Origin: Bacteroidales bacterium
GTDB lineage: Bacteria > Bacteroidota > Bacteroidia > Bacteroidales > UBA7960
Assembly (NCBI GenBank): GCA_007131245.1
Contig: SLQX01000029.1
Coordinates: 32,483-96,482, forward strand
Length of the DNA stretch: 64,000 nucleotides
Direction of reading: 5' to 3'
Shown here one piece after another: positions 11,301-20,446 of the stretch. The notes beneath the pieces are model-generated. The model saw only the letters and a program-made list of their open reading frames with translations, made no database searches and was not told the origin of the DNA. A program made the position numbers and the translations under genes. Positions within the stretch are counted from its first letter, which is position 1; the number at the start of each line of letters is the position of its first letter.

Positions 11301-14300
11301 CGGCTGGGCAGCTCCTATTGTGGATAGTTTTAGATTATGAACGGGTGCCACAGTGTTAACGAAGAAATTGTCGCGAAAGCCCTGCCCCAGATCTTTGTCC
11401 ATGATTAAATGCACGGTTCCCCCTGTGACCCCAATATTTGCCTGGCTCACGTCGATTTCAAGTACACCCCCTGAGCCAATACCATCCCAAATCCGAAGTT
11501 CTCCACCTTCCATGATAAATACATTGTGCTCACCCAAAATGCTGAACGATCCTTTGGTCCCCTGCATTGCTGTCCCGTTTATGTTTCCCCTTATATTGAC
11601 AAGGCCGCCGGTTTGGTGGAAGGTGATACGGTTATTATCATCGGTGTTTCCGGCGCTTCTAAACTGTGCAGCATCGAGGGTTCCCCCTTCAATTTTAACG
11701 TAAGGGTCTCCCTCTGCCCATACAATCAGGCCACCACTGCGCCGTGTGCTGTATATCCCATCTGTGATAAGGAAGTTGCCATAAAAAGATGTGGACTGGA
11801 TATTGCCCTGAAAGCTTGAGTTAAGGCCATAGTCATCAACCATTACTCCTGTTAGACCGCCAACTTCAGTCTCCGATTCATTATCAGCTGTGCCGTAAAC
11901 TATAGCACCGTCTACCCACAGGCCTGCATTGGCCGGAATATAAAAGTCAGCGTTGGGGTTGCTACCTCCAATCCTTCCTTCGGTGAGGGTGGGGATATGC
12001 ACGTTGTTCTGCAGATGAAGTGTTCCATTTTTTATCCAGAGGGCTTTTCTAAGCTCAGGATTGGCCCCTGATCCTGTTCCGTTGAGAATGTTATTGCCAA
12101 AGAGCCGAAAGTGAGCCTCATCCTGGCTGCGTATTGTGAGCATGGGGTCAGGGTTGGAACCCTTGTCTATGATAAGATGATAAAAGTCGGTTGTTCCATA
12201 AAGATCTATTAAATTGTCAGCTGTCCCTTTGAAACTGACCACCGCCGATCCTGTACTTTCATTGGTAGTCCCCGCGTAGCCGTTTAGCTGGTTGTAAATG
12301 GGTTGGGGTTGGTTGGTAAATAGCGCAGACCCCCGGTTGGTGAAGTTACCCCAAACTTCGATTTGATGATAAATCAGGTGATAGTTGTTGGGGGAGGGAA
12401 GCCTGCTTTCCGTGCCAATACCATTGTTTCCGGCAAGGAGATAAGGTCCGCCACCATTACCCAATTGTAAAGCTTCGTTATTGGTATTGGCTTTACCAAT
12501 GGTAAAAGATCCATCGGTTTCAATAAGCCAGTCTTTTTTGATGATAAGGGTCTTCCGTATATCAGCAACCGGATTGGGATGTATGTCGTTGTTGAGTTTA
12601 AGTTCACCCCGTTTTATGGTAAGTGTTCCGTTGAGTGTATAATCTGCAAGAAGAACGACCGTTTGAGCGGTTGATGACATGTCTACCAGCATGTTGTTGA
12701 ATAAACGGTCGTTGGTTAAGGTGATATCATCGGTTCCATAATAAGCTACTGTTCCCCCATTTTCAGCAACAAATTCCGATGCATTTCCCCCTGGGAAATT
12801 GTCTGCTTTTAACCGGATGGTTCCTTTCCCCAGAATAGAAGAAAACTCATGCCCCTGGGTGTCGAGGAAGTCCAGAACTCCCTCCCTTACGTCCAGAACG
12901 GGATTCTGGTAGTTGTTCTCTCTTACAGTTACCCTTTTACCCTGGGGAATAACCACAAGGTCATGGTGTGATGTGGGGCTTGTGTCAGGAGTAAGTGCTT
13001 CAGGGTTGTCATAATCACCGTCAGGAGAAACTGTCCAGCTACCGGGCTGGTCCCAGTAACCCGAATTGTCGTATATGCCATCTGGATAAGCATACCAAAC
13101 GGTGTTTTCCAAAGGGGCAATGGTGTAGTATCCATTTTGGAGGTTTTCCTCACTTATATCCAGCCAAACCATGTCCTCATCGCCGGTTGCCATTGTCCCG
13201 GGAATGGGCGTAAACAGGTTGGTTTCATCCTCTCTGAACAGTACTACATAAATTTTATCACTTTCCAGGGTTTGTGCTGCTTCACCAAAATGAAACCCCA
13301 GGGAAATATCAAATGAAACATGCTCAGTTTTCTGAAGATACCAGGTTCTTTGCCACCGCTGGGAAACACCTGCATCCGGGTCAATACCTTCCGATGTGGT
13401 ACCATGAGTTGCTCCATTGTGGGCAGCCATCAAAAAAGCGTTTGTAAGCCCTTCAAATGAGTTGTTGGCCTGTGCCATATACAATCCCCCTCCACAGCCG
13501 CTTGTGCGGGTGTGCCGGTTGTCTGCATCGGTAACTCCTATGCCTGTAAGATCCCGGGTGTGGGTAGAGTGACTGTAAATTTTGTTTTCTTCCAGATCAA
13601 GGTTGTATTTTGTGGCCAGGTAGTTTTCCAGTATGATGCGTTGTGCTTCATTAATTGTTTTATTGAAAAATATCATCTCCGCCATATCTCCTTTGAGACC
13701 CATAGAGCCACCCTGGCCGTTGAGCCCGGTGTTCAACTGAGCTGCTCCTTCCATGCCAGGGTACGAATAAGCTGTTTCTCCTGCCATATTGCCATCAACA
13801 AAAAGTGTTGCTCCCTGTGGGGATGCAAACAACCCGTTGATGAAAAAACCACTTTTACCATTGGCATTCACCTGCTCTGTGTTTCCTTCAATGAGCATTG
13901 AAAGCTGCAAATGGGTGCCTGAAAACTGATAAAAAATTTTATTGTCCACCGCTGATGCAATGGTTTCCTCTGGCTCATTGGATAAAAAGCCGGGTTCAGG
14001 ATCATTGTATTTTCGCACCATGATATCATCAAACCAGGTAATATCGCTAGCCCTGGATCCTGCAAAACCAATATAACCCCAGTCACGGGCAGCCCCGTTT
14101 CCAAAATTCATTTCAAGCCAGTCGGGGGTATTTGCTGCAATCTCCCAAAACCTTGCCTTTCCTTCCCGGGATGCCGGGTCTGTTACCAAAAACTCAAAAT
14201 AATACCATTGTTCCAGGTTCCAGTTTTCATTAAGCTGGCTGCCCCAGGAACGCAAATCATTTAAAAAACTGAAACGGCCATTGTGGTTTCTGAAAAGAAC

Positions 14301-15380
14301 GTTGTAGCCCTCCCCATTACTTTCCATACAGGCTGAGAGCCCTATGCGGGAGAAATCATTGCTGCCAAGGGCTTCTATTTTTATGCGGGTTTTCATCACC
14401 ACCGGGTGGTCTATTTGTCCCAGTTGGTCAAGGATCAGCTTATTGGGGTCACCATTGGCTCCAACATTCCTAAGTTGGTTGTTGATAATAGACCAGGTTC
14501 CCAGATTGGTTTGCCGGTAGGCATTTTCCTCTGTAATATCCGACACATCAGGTCGGTTGAAGTCATCATAAAACAGGAAAGTGTCAAAGGGGTTACTTGC
14601 TGTCCCGGCATTGTCATTGCCATAATATATGTAGATGCTTTGGTTTGTGTCCAGGTTGGCAGGTACATTCACCCAAAATGTGGCTGTTTGTTCCGAGTGG
14701 GTTCCATTGACCTCTTCCACCCAGTATGGAATAAATGTCTCACCATCATCAGCTGTAAACCTGATGTCATGGGGAAAATTTACAGAATGCCCATTAACAT
14801 GAAAATGGGCGTTGGCTGCATGCTCGTTTTGTCCAACAGTAAGTTTCACCTGGTAGTTGGTTCCGGCACCGGTCTGGCCCCTTAAGTTTATCTTTTTTCT
14901 GTAGGGCCAGTCGCCGGCCCATACCAAAGCCTGAAGCAAGGTTCCTTTTTCGTTTTCAGGATGGTTACTCTGATGTACTCCCATAAAAGTAAATCCAGCC
15001 GGGTTAAATGGCATTGCCGGGATTTCAAGCAGGTGGTTTTCCTCAAAACGGATGACGGGTTGATCAAACAACGCGCTGCTTACGATCTCCGGTTTAAACG
15101 ATGGATTGGGTGGGATAGCATGGTGGGCATTGCCTGACAGGTCGTTAAGCTGCAGCACTTGCTGACCCGATTGGTTTACATTCGCAGCATTGTACCAGGC
15201 ATTGAGCAAAGGTTGGTCGTTTTGACCATTGATATTTCCAACTCCCCCAGGCCCTCCCTGCCCATAAACTGCTGAAAAGAAAATCGGAGGATATACAGAC
15301 AGACATAAGGTAAAAAGAAACCAAAGCCAGTGAGCATTTTTTCTCCCTAAATAAATAATGAAATGATTTTTGTGTTCCAT
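5352..15380 (-). CDS. Giant (3342 aa) secreted surface protein with DUF2341-like and LamG/ConA-like domains, long beta-helix-like repeats and a type-A T9SS C-terminal sorting domain
   Basis: A single uninterrupted 10 kb ORF with an N-terminal signal-like segment (WLWFLFTLCLSVYPPIFFSAVYG). A DUF2341-like block reads WPYRKKINL...YQVKLTV...IRFTADDGETFIPYWVEE...FWVNVP...IYIYYGN. A LamG_3-type ending reads GDMAEMIFFNKTINEAQRIILENYLATKYNL. Several kb are G/N/T-rich beta-solenoid-like sequence. The penultimate domain reads PLPVKLLFFHATAEENDIKLEWATASETNNDFFTIERS...YYRLKQTDFDGSTTYS. The terminus (LYPNPNPGNHFNILL...LKPGVYLITVSGQSGIFTARLVIK) is typical of T9SS cargo. Confidence 0.9.
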   Translation of the reverse strand: MEHKNHFIIYLGRKNAHWLWFLFTLCLSVYPPIFFSAVYGQGGPGGVGNINGQNDQPLLNAWYNAANVNQSGQQVLQLNDLSGNAHHAIPPNPSFKPEIVSSALFDQPVIRFEENHLLEIPAMPFNPAGFTFMGVHQSNHPENEKGTLLQALVWAGDWPYRKKINLRGQTGAGTNYQVKLTVGQNEHAANAHFHVNGHSVNFPHDIRFTADDGETFIPYWVEEVNGTHSEQTATFWVNVPANLDTNQSIYIYYGNDNAGTASNPFDTFLFYDDFNRPDVSDITEENAYRQTNLGTWSIINNQLRNVGANGDPNKLILDQLGQIDHPVVMKTRIKIEALGSNDFSRIGLSACMESNGEGYNVLFRNHNGRFSFLNDLRSWGSQLNENWNLEQWYYFEFLVTDPASREGKARFWEIAANTPDWLEMNFGNGAARDWGYIGFAGSRASDITWFDDIMVRKYNDPEPGFLSNEPEETIASAVDNKIFYQFSGTHLQLSMLIEGNTEQVNANGKSGFFINGLFASPQGATLFVDGNMAGETAYSYPGMEGAAQLNTGLNGQGGSMGLKGDMAEMIFFNKTINEAQRIILENYLATKYNLDLEENKIYSHSTHTRDLTGIGVTDADNRHTRTSGCGGGLYMAQANNSFEGLTNAFLMAAHNGATHGTTSEGIDPDAGVSQRWQRTWYLQKTEHVSFDISLGFHFGEAAQTLESDKIYVVLFREDETNLFTPIPGTMATGDEDMVWLDISEENLQNGYYTIAPLENTVWYAYPDGIYDNSGYWDQPGSWTVSPDGDYDNPEALTPDTSPTSHHDLVVIPQGKRVTVRENNYQNPVLDVREGVLDFLDTQGHEFSSILGKGTIRLKADNFPGGNASEFVAENGGTVAYYGTDDITLTNDRLFNNMLVDMSSTAQTVVLLADYTLNGTLTIKRGELKLNNDIHPNPVADIRKTLIIKKDWLIETDGSFTIGKANTNNEALQLGNGGGPYLLAGNNGIGTESRLPSPNNYHLIYHQIEVWGNFTNRGSALFTNQPQPIYNQLNGYAGTTNESTGSAVVSFKGTADNLIDLYGTTDFYHLIIDKGSNPDPMLTIRSQDEAHFRLFGNNILNGTGSGANPELRKALWIKNGTLHLQNNVHIPTLTEGRIGGSNPNADFYIPANAGLWVDGAIVYGTADNESETEVGGLTGVMVDDYGLNSSFQGNIQSTSFYGNFLITDGIYSTRRSGGLIVWAEGDPYVKIEGGTLDAAQFRSAGNTDDNNRITFHQTGGLVNIRGNINGTAMQGTKGSFSILGEHNVFIMEGGELRIWDGIGSGGVLEIDVSQANIGVTGGTVHLIMDKDLGQGFRDNFFVNTVAPVHNLKLSTIGAAQPENIQPIHLYNNLIVRNNILIGDDIQFYAARNLSDGPFYDLEVQGDFALGESNSSNAGYHPTSNDGSIGNKTIFSGVSNSQIRIANTDISSQVTFHTLIINKLGQDTLQVISEGREPADIHNHDNQYSILAINQGMKLLNGLLDYNGFMIQLDADVELINNNAIGLLEDETGYIAFDFPTLEVTLTQQKEAVFGRMFVADNLTFTGGNHFRTGDLYLRSGVIDISKAGLIIEGKLVNEKETSIDFGPGKMVLTAGNHSDNGLTRRVFQNDPYLFPLGVNTQTGDGHKYTPAIIDVSETKGQNGWVKVNNVDQELATLMEGTEEEHALQYYWRVRHQGFDSEDMPMVKKTFRFFDIPGTYLPDPTTHDYTEGKVVNYIRHQNLGGLDWNAANQDLTLNFIYQNTGDTDVPAHLEEGAFTAAHPNRFDGHIEVFFSRLRGSETDQSLWGETSSWTTLSQLQEQHPETTIMNNPGLWHHSDNPEATDLPGKGDIVIIGYSTWDDQQFPGHPHNIRIDEDFQAHCAELQFNPMLNQEGESQPITESTTWGNGFFYRPTFTITDNASLNTSIITGEGTLRNRGIDPLYTSMDMGGFVKMPLSFIMYEIMEDVTIENTPEVIPNLSIIPDGWGSNNHSITFPADITVNYNLEILGGAYLRMHPGEVGNIHIKGDLRLMKAQDNSGTQLLFENSGSPRTLTVEGNLVTEGEQVGIYVDSPADNGTQHVLNLYGNYIQDATGAFDEGEEILRLFTQPGEGRVSLHLRGDSHSFFDGSNTTTPISLYRLEVDKAPGSMARMQIPFTLGGSKDGNDKALVLKNGRLVLDHENIQIHLTTGGGDFPIPPSAALIVSKGTILASGNNTGIFLNGLLRLENNGEARFFSGNDDTYIHYSASGNARLEIADNAKLWVGSQIRGDITGSQTTGILKYHQSGGEVIVGRNHVPANSRGVFEVFNPGSEFIMDSGNLYIARNQQGNDREALYLNPGTVSMGLNAFIHAGHNEYSPSGQLIEFNSHVAFANLRTAGEGITLQASNNPFVVENEMYVSPGTTVDLNQLQLTIMGDFYNLGNNPDINAKLTLFAGMDQQLNGETHFEHLVINPSIQLTLYDDIHISGDFALQTGALHNQSQSIYVQGNVINNTTIQGSATHGGMVLNGGTLQQISGNGSYGRLMINNAGGVRLYNDIQVNGNLAIQSGLLDIQNHRLSLGQESQLEGESFSSTKMVSTSGGIEAFGLQKHLEGGSENYTFRFPVGSGGKYTPVDIEYTHEGSNGHISFAPINEQHITTLDYNENRVLQYHWAAESHNLVYFEGDIFFYFDPADLETGNPEQYIPARLTDESWTKLGEEDFEQDQSRFRFIHPTTQDVSGYYTAGYEEDIPDNVPTYRTNNSGAWTNKDIWEKASEDLPDVPESGPFGHIVEIMESHEVTIENNRRRSFITRIMGSLHIGATEQHNLGLVEGNGTITLDRGLLPAGKFNTFFNTPGSTIKYGGAQNYQITNRYTTLQNLVIRGSEEKKLPDESVTIKGNLTIEGTALLRNYDELYIHGDLGKAQDATFYTGKALLFSGTTPQTLTGNFTDASIMNNVVFNNHSGQINFLDGHKKIGSTIGLLNGTRLITSMDARLKLAANSTFMNLDDQSYVDGPMSRIVIHNESSSLFPVGKNKITRYFYLINPQHSQGYKEYTVEYFNADPTAEFGDEFQYPPLYSLSEWEYWTLHVPPGAQQTRIMLTYGNNTNIDDEAAGFEENIAIAHLEDIWRPVGTEPYQYKVDTQNKTVASTSSVNLTSKNPEKLFTFGSKSPQMPLPVKLLFFHATAEENDIKLEWATASETNNDFFTIERSRNGTLFEKVIDLPSQTISGHSHETLHYTSRDNKPLEGVSYYRLKQTDFDGSTTYSDLVGISFQKRTEVRFTLYPNPNPGNHFNILLSGLKPQENTTLRITDLYGRTFYGSLKTADEAGTIQSTMNTGGKLKPGVYLITVSGQSGIFTARLVIK

Positions 15381-15608
15381 AAATCCCTGTATTTGTGTTC
15401 GTAATTGTTAACGGGGATTTATTGTTTTACAAAAAAAGGCGGCAGCTTGCTGAACCCTCTGTTAACAAAATCAATGCTGTGGTGTTGCACGACTTTTGCT
15501 AAAAGAACGGGCTGCGAGTACCACAAATATACTATTAAATATTGAAAAACGTAGATTAAAACAAGGGGTATTTGGAATAAATTTCCGTTCGGAGAAGATT
15601 TAGAGGGC

Positions 15609-15642
15609 AAAAAAAACGGAGGGTATAAAGCCTCCGTTTTTT
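15609..15642 (-). terminator. Rho-independent (bidirectional-looking) terminator downstream of the FISUMP gene
   Basis: ACGGAGG (15616-15622) pairs with CCTCCGT (15631-15637). A8 lies on one side and T6 on the other. It separates the upstream two-gene operon from the giant gene. Confidence 0.75.
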
Positions 15643-15706
15643 GCTATATGTTACAAGGAAATAAAAGTGCCTTGTTTGGTGAGAACCCGAAAAAAGGTAT
15701 TTCAAA

Positions 15707-16996
15707 TTACTCTTCTTTTATGCAACGGATGGAGTATCCCTCTTCTTTATATTCAAAACCAGAGTATACCCATCCACCGCTGTTTATCAACCGGCGCCAG
15801 CGACCCATGGCAAAGCTCATTTCGGTGGATGTCCACCAGTAAGCATGCGTGCCAATGCCGGAATAGTTTCCGAACTCATCACGATAACCAGCGGGAATAC
15901 CGTTAAAATCAAACTCATCAGTGCCATAGTGGGTGATGTCAGCGTCCCACCGTGGGTGTTCATTGGTGTTGCAGTCACCACCCAGGGGTGAGTTTGCCTG
16001 GCGGCATGATTTTATATAGTTTCCGGCTACCGAGCCGTCTTTGCTCTCCAAATCCACCTCTTTGCCACCTCCCCAGAAAGTAATATAGGCGTCCAGGGCA
16101 TCATAATCGTCGGCTGTGGGTACGCGCCAACCTTCAGGGCAAAGGCCTCTTTCATCCTCTATGGTCCAGTAATTGTATAGTTTTCCGTACATGTCAATCA
16201 TTTCTGTTTCGGAGCTGATGCCTTCAACCAGTTCGTGCGGATATACAGCATAAGCACCTTCTTCTGTCTCTGCCCATTCAGTATCAGAAAGACCGAAAGC
16301 TATTTCTGAACCATCACGGTACTTGGTGGTGCGCAGGTTTTCTGCCATCCATAGTTGATCGCCAATCAAAACCGTTTCATACTCATTACCATCCACGTCT
16401 GTTACGGTTCCAGGAACAATTTCGAAAACCGCATCCACCCATTGTGGCTTGCCACCTTCCATCGCCAGCACCTGTCCTTGTGAACCAGCAGGGATAGACG
16501 CCCATCCATCTTCAGAAAAATATACTATGTCTCCCGATTCGGGGTCAGACAACTCCACAAACCCTTCCAGGTCTGGGATGTTAAACAAATCTTCATAGTT
16601 GCCACTGAAGGTATCGGCAGATGTGTGACTGTGAAAAGCGTAAGGTACACTCAAAAGTTGAGTAACCCCCATTACTTCGCCATCCAGCGATACTTTAATA
16701 AAGAAATCATCACTGCCCCAGTCAATGTTTTCAAGTGTGTTTACAGAGCCAATCTGCAAGTTGACAAGGCCAAATTCATTGGTTTGGGTTTGATGAGTTT
16801 CAGAAAATACAGCATCTCCATCCATATAGCCCATAACAATGCTTACTTCGATTGATACAACTTCGGAGGCGATAACCATACCCGCATCATCACGAACAAC
16901 AGCCTGGTAATTAAAGCTAAGGGGGGGTTGAGCAACTGAACTGCTCATAATCAGGAAAGATAAAATCCACAAAATAGTAAGTTTAATAGTTTTCAT
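15707..16996 (-). CDS. Secreted protein with an N-terminal SVPYA-type beta domain and a C-terminal FISUMP (Fibrobacter succinogenes major paralogous, TIGR02145-like) domain
   Basis: 429 aa with a signal peptide (MKTIKLTILWILSFLIMSSSVAQ). The N-domain reads SFNYQAVVRDDAG...FSETHQTQTNEFGLVNLQIG...LLSVPYAFHS. The C-domain reads VTDVDGNEYETVLIGDQLWMAENL...YGKLYNYW...LCPEGWRVPTADDYDAL...GYRD...AYWWTST...GYSIRCIKE. Confidence 0.85.
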   Translation of the reverse strand: MKTIKLTILWILSFLIMSSSVAQPPLSFNYQAVVRDDAGMVIASEVVSIEVSIVMGYMDGDAVFSETHQTQTNEFGLVNLQIGSVNTLENIDWGSDDFFIKVSLDGEVMGVTQLLSVPYAFHSHTSADTFSGNYEDLFNIPDLEGFVELSDPESGDIVYFSEDGWASIPAGSQGQVLAMEGGKPQWVDAVFEIVPGTVTDVDGNEYETVLIGDQLWMAENLRTTKYRDGSEIAFGLSDTEWAETEEGAYAVYPHELVEGISSETEMIDMYGKLYNYWTIEDERGLCPEGWRVPTADDYDALDAYITFWGGGKEVDLESKDGSVAGNYIKSCRQANSPLGGDCNTNEHPRWDADITHYGTDEFDFNGIPAGYRDEFGNYSGIGTHAYWWTSTEMSFAMGRWRRLINSGGWVYSGFEYKEEGYSIRCIKEE

Positions 16997-17021
16997 AAGT
17001 TCGGGTTTTGGTAGTTGTGTA

Positions 17022-17495
17022 TTATTGTTTTAGAATTTTAAAAGTTTTTACATATTGACTGTCAAACGATAATCTAACAAAATACACCCCAGGTTTATAG
17101 GAGGTGAATGACAGTTTATGCCTTGAGTCCGTAAGGTTGTTGCTGGTAAGCAGGTTGCCTTTCATATCATAGAGGGTGAAAGTGGCATTTTCAGGAACCT
17201 CTTTTTTTACGTGAATATAAAGAATGTCAGTTGTTGGATTGGGATAGGCAGAAACCAGGATGTCGATGTTTTGGGGGTCATCCACCCACACAACAGACAA
17301 GTTGGGTTGCTGAAAACCCTGAGTAAGTGTTTTCTCAGGGGAGGTAAGTGTTTCAATGGCAATTTCTCCCAGTGTCCAGCTAATAGACCTGGATTGCCCA
17401 GAATGATATCCTCCGCCTGAAACCACAGCTTCCTGGGCATTAATGCCTGCGGATAGCAGGAAACCTGTAAGTGCGGTAATGAGAAGTTTTTTCAT
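17022..17495 (-). CDS. Small secreted protein with a type-A T9SS C-terminal sorting domain
   Basis: 157 aa with a signal peptide (MKKLLITALTGFLLSAGINAQ). A short N-module reads GGGYHSGQSRSISWTLGEIAIE...LTQGFQQP. The C-terminal domain reads AYPNPTTDILYIHV...FTLYDMKGNLL...KPGVYFVRLSF...KILKQ. It ends 25 nt upstream of the FISUMP gene start. Confidence 0.85.
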   Translation of the reverse strand: MKKLLITALTGFLLSAGINAQEAVVSGGGYHSGQSRSISWTLGEIAIETLTSPEKTLTQGFQQPNLSVVWVDDPQNIDILVSAYPNPTTDILYIHVKKEVPENATFTLYDMKGNLLTSNNLTDSRHKLSFTSYKPGVYFVRLSFDSQYVKTFKILKQ

Positions 17496-17756
17496 AAATT
17501 ATTGATAAATTAAGTTATACACTAGTGAATTTCGATTTTGTCTTTTTCAGAAAAAGGATAGAAACAAGCAAAACAACCCCAAACCAGACAATACTTGCCA
17601 GGCAGATAGATTATACCGGCCCCTGCAGATACCGTTTGGTATTCTCAAAGGGCATTAACATGCGAAGGAGCGGAGCAAACTTTTTGATTATACTGCAAAG
17701 AAATGAAATATTTTGTTAGATAGACTATAAAGTAGATGATTGTTTAGATAACCTAC

Positions 17757-17793
17757 ACAAAAAAACCTTTGAGGTGAATACCCCAAAGGTTTT
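17757..17793 (-). terminator. Rho-independent terminator of groES-groEL
   Basis: On the minus strand, AACCTTTGGGG / CCTCAAAGGTT forms an 11-position stem with one mismatch and a 6-nt loop, followed by T7. It lies about 50 nt after the groEL stop. Confidence 0.8.
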
Positions 17794-17845
17794 AATGTGC
17801 AGCAATATTTTTTAGCTGCAATGTATCTAGTTACTAAGTCTGATG

Positions 17846-19492
<1,647 letters not shown>

Positions 19493-19548
19493 TTAATTGT
19501 TTTTTTAGTTTCTTATTTTTCCTTGAATAAAATTTTAAACATCTGAGA

Positions 19549-19830
19549 TTAGCCTACGATTGCGTAAATATCCGATTCACGCATAATCAGGTAGTCAGAG
19601 CCGTCAACGGTAATTTCTGTTCCGGCATACTTGCCATAAAGTACCTGTTGGCCAACTTTAACGGTCATAGGTTCATCTTTCTTTCCTTCTCCCGCTGCTA
19701 TTACTGTACCTTTCATAGGTTTTTCTTTCGCGGTGTCCGGGATGATAATTCCACCGGATGTTTTTTCTTCTGCAGGGGCTGGTTCAATCAACACTCTGTC
19801 TGCTAAAGGCTTGATGTTTATGTTTGCCAT
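19549..19830 (-). CDS. groS: Co-chaperonin GroES
   Basis: 93 aa reading [47 protein letters not shown]. It sits directly upstream of groEL. Confidence 0.97.
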   Translation of the reverse strand: MANINIKPLADRVLIEPAPAEEKTSGGIIIPDTAKEKPMKGTVIAAGEGKKDEPMTVKVGQQVLYGKYAGTEITVDGSDYLIMRESDIYAIVG

Positions 19831-19985
19831 GTTTTAAACATTTAATAGTTAAACAATAAAAATGATTTCAGTTTATAGTTTGAGATGGTTTGTCTCATGT
19901 GATCGATTGGCCAATGGTCATTTTTTGTGCCAAAAGCAATTTGGGTGTGTTTTTGGGACAATTTTACTTGTTTTGGAGCAGGCAT

Positions 19986-20027
19986 AAAAAAAAAGTGTCA
20001 GACTGTATGACAATCTGACACTTTTTT
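19986..20027 (-). terminator. Rho-independent (bidirectional) terminator after secG
   Basis: GTGTCAGA (19995-20002) pairs perfectly with TCTGACAC (20014-20021). It is flanked by A9 (19986-19994) and T6 (20022-20027). Confidence 0.8.
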
Positions 20028-20044
20028 GTGGCTTTCCTGTTTGT

Positions 20045-20434
20045 TTAATCCAGGATAAGTTCTTCAAGCTCTTCGCCATCTTCAGGTACTCCTTCTGGCT
20101 CGGTTGCCGGTTGTGCTGCTCCCTCAGCCGGTGGGGTTGAAAAATCAGGAGATGTCATAGGTACGTTGTCTATGATTTCACTCTGACGGGTTTCAACCAC
20201 CTGCCCCCTGGGTATTACAAAAGTGGAGGTCAAGGTAAGTACCAGTAATATGATAGCCAATGTCCATGTTGCTTTTTCTAAAAAATCTGTGGTTTTTCTA
20301 ACACCCATTACCTGATTGCTGGATGCAAAATTGGAAGCAAGACCGCCTCCCTTTGAATTTTGAACCAAAACAATAAGTGTTAGCAAAACACAGGTTATCA
20401 GTACTAAGACTGAAACTAATACATATGCGCCCAT
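20045..20434 (-). CDS. secG: Preprotein translocase subunit SecG (with an acidic C-terminal extension)
   Basis: 129 aa containing LVQNSKGGGLASNFASSNQVMGVRKTTDFLEKATWTLAIILLVLTL, with two TM helices typical of SecG. Confidence 0.85.
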   Translation of the reverse strand: MGAYVLVSVLVLITCVLLTLIVLVQNSKGGGLASNFASSNQVMGVRKTTDFLEKATWTLAIILLVLTLTSTFVIPRGQVVETRQSEIIDNVPMTSPDFSTPPAEGAAQPATEPEGVPEDGEELEELILD

Positions 20435-20446
20435 TATTCTTTATTT

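Noticed and set aside
15485-15500. TTGCACGACTTTTGCT, which resembles the sigma-54 consensus TGGCACG-N4-TTGCT.
   Set aside because: The essential -24 GG is TG here. The element is also on the plus strand pointing away from the giant gene, with no downstream plus-strand gene.
19831-19985. The groES upstream region, checked for a CIRCE element (TTAGCACTC-N9-GAGTGCTAA) or other heat-shock operator.
   Set aside because: No CIRCE-like inverted repeat is present, and I could not support any specific regulatory site.
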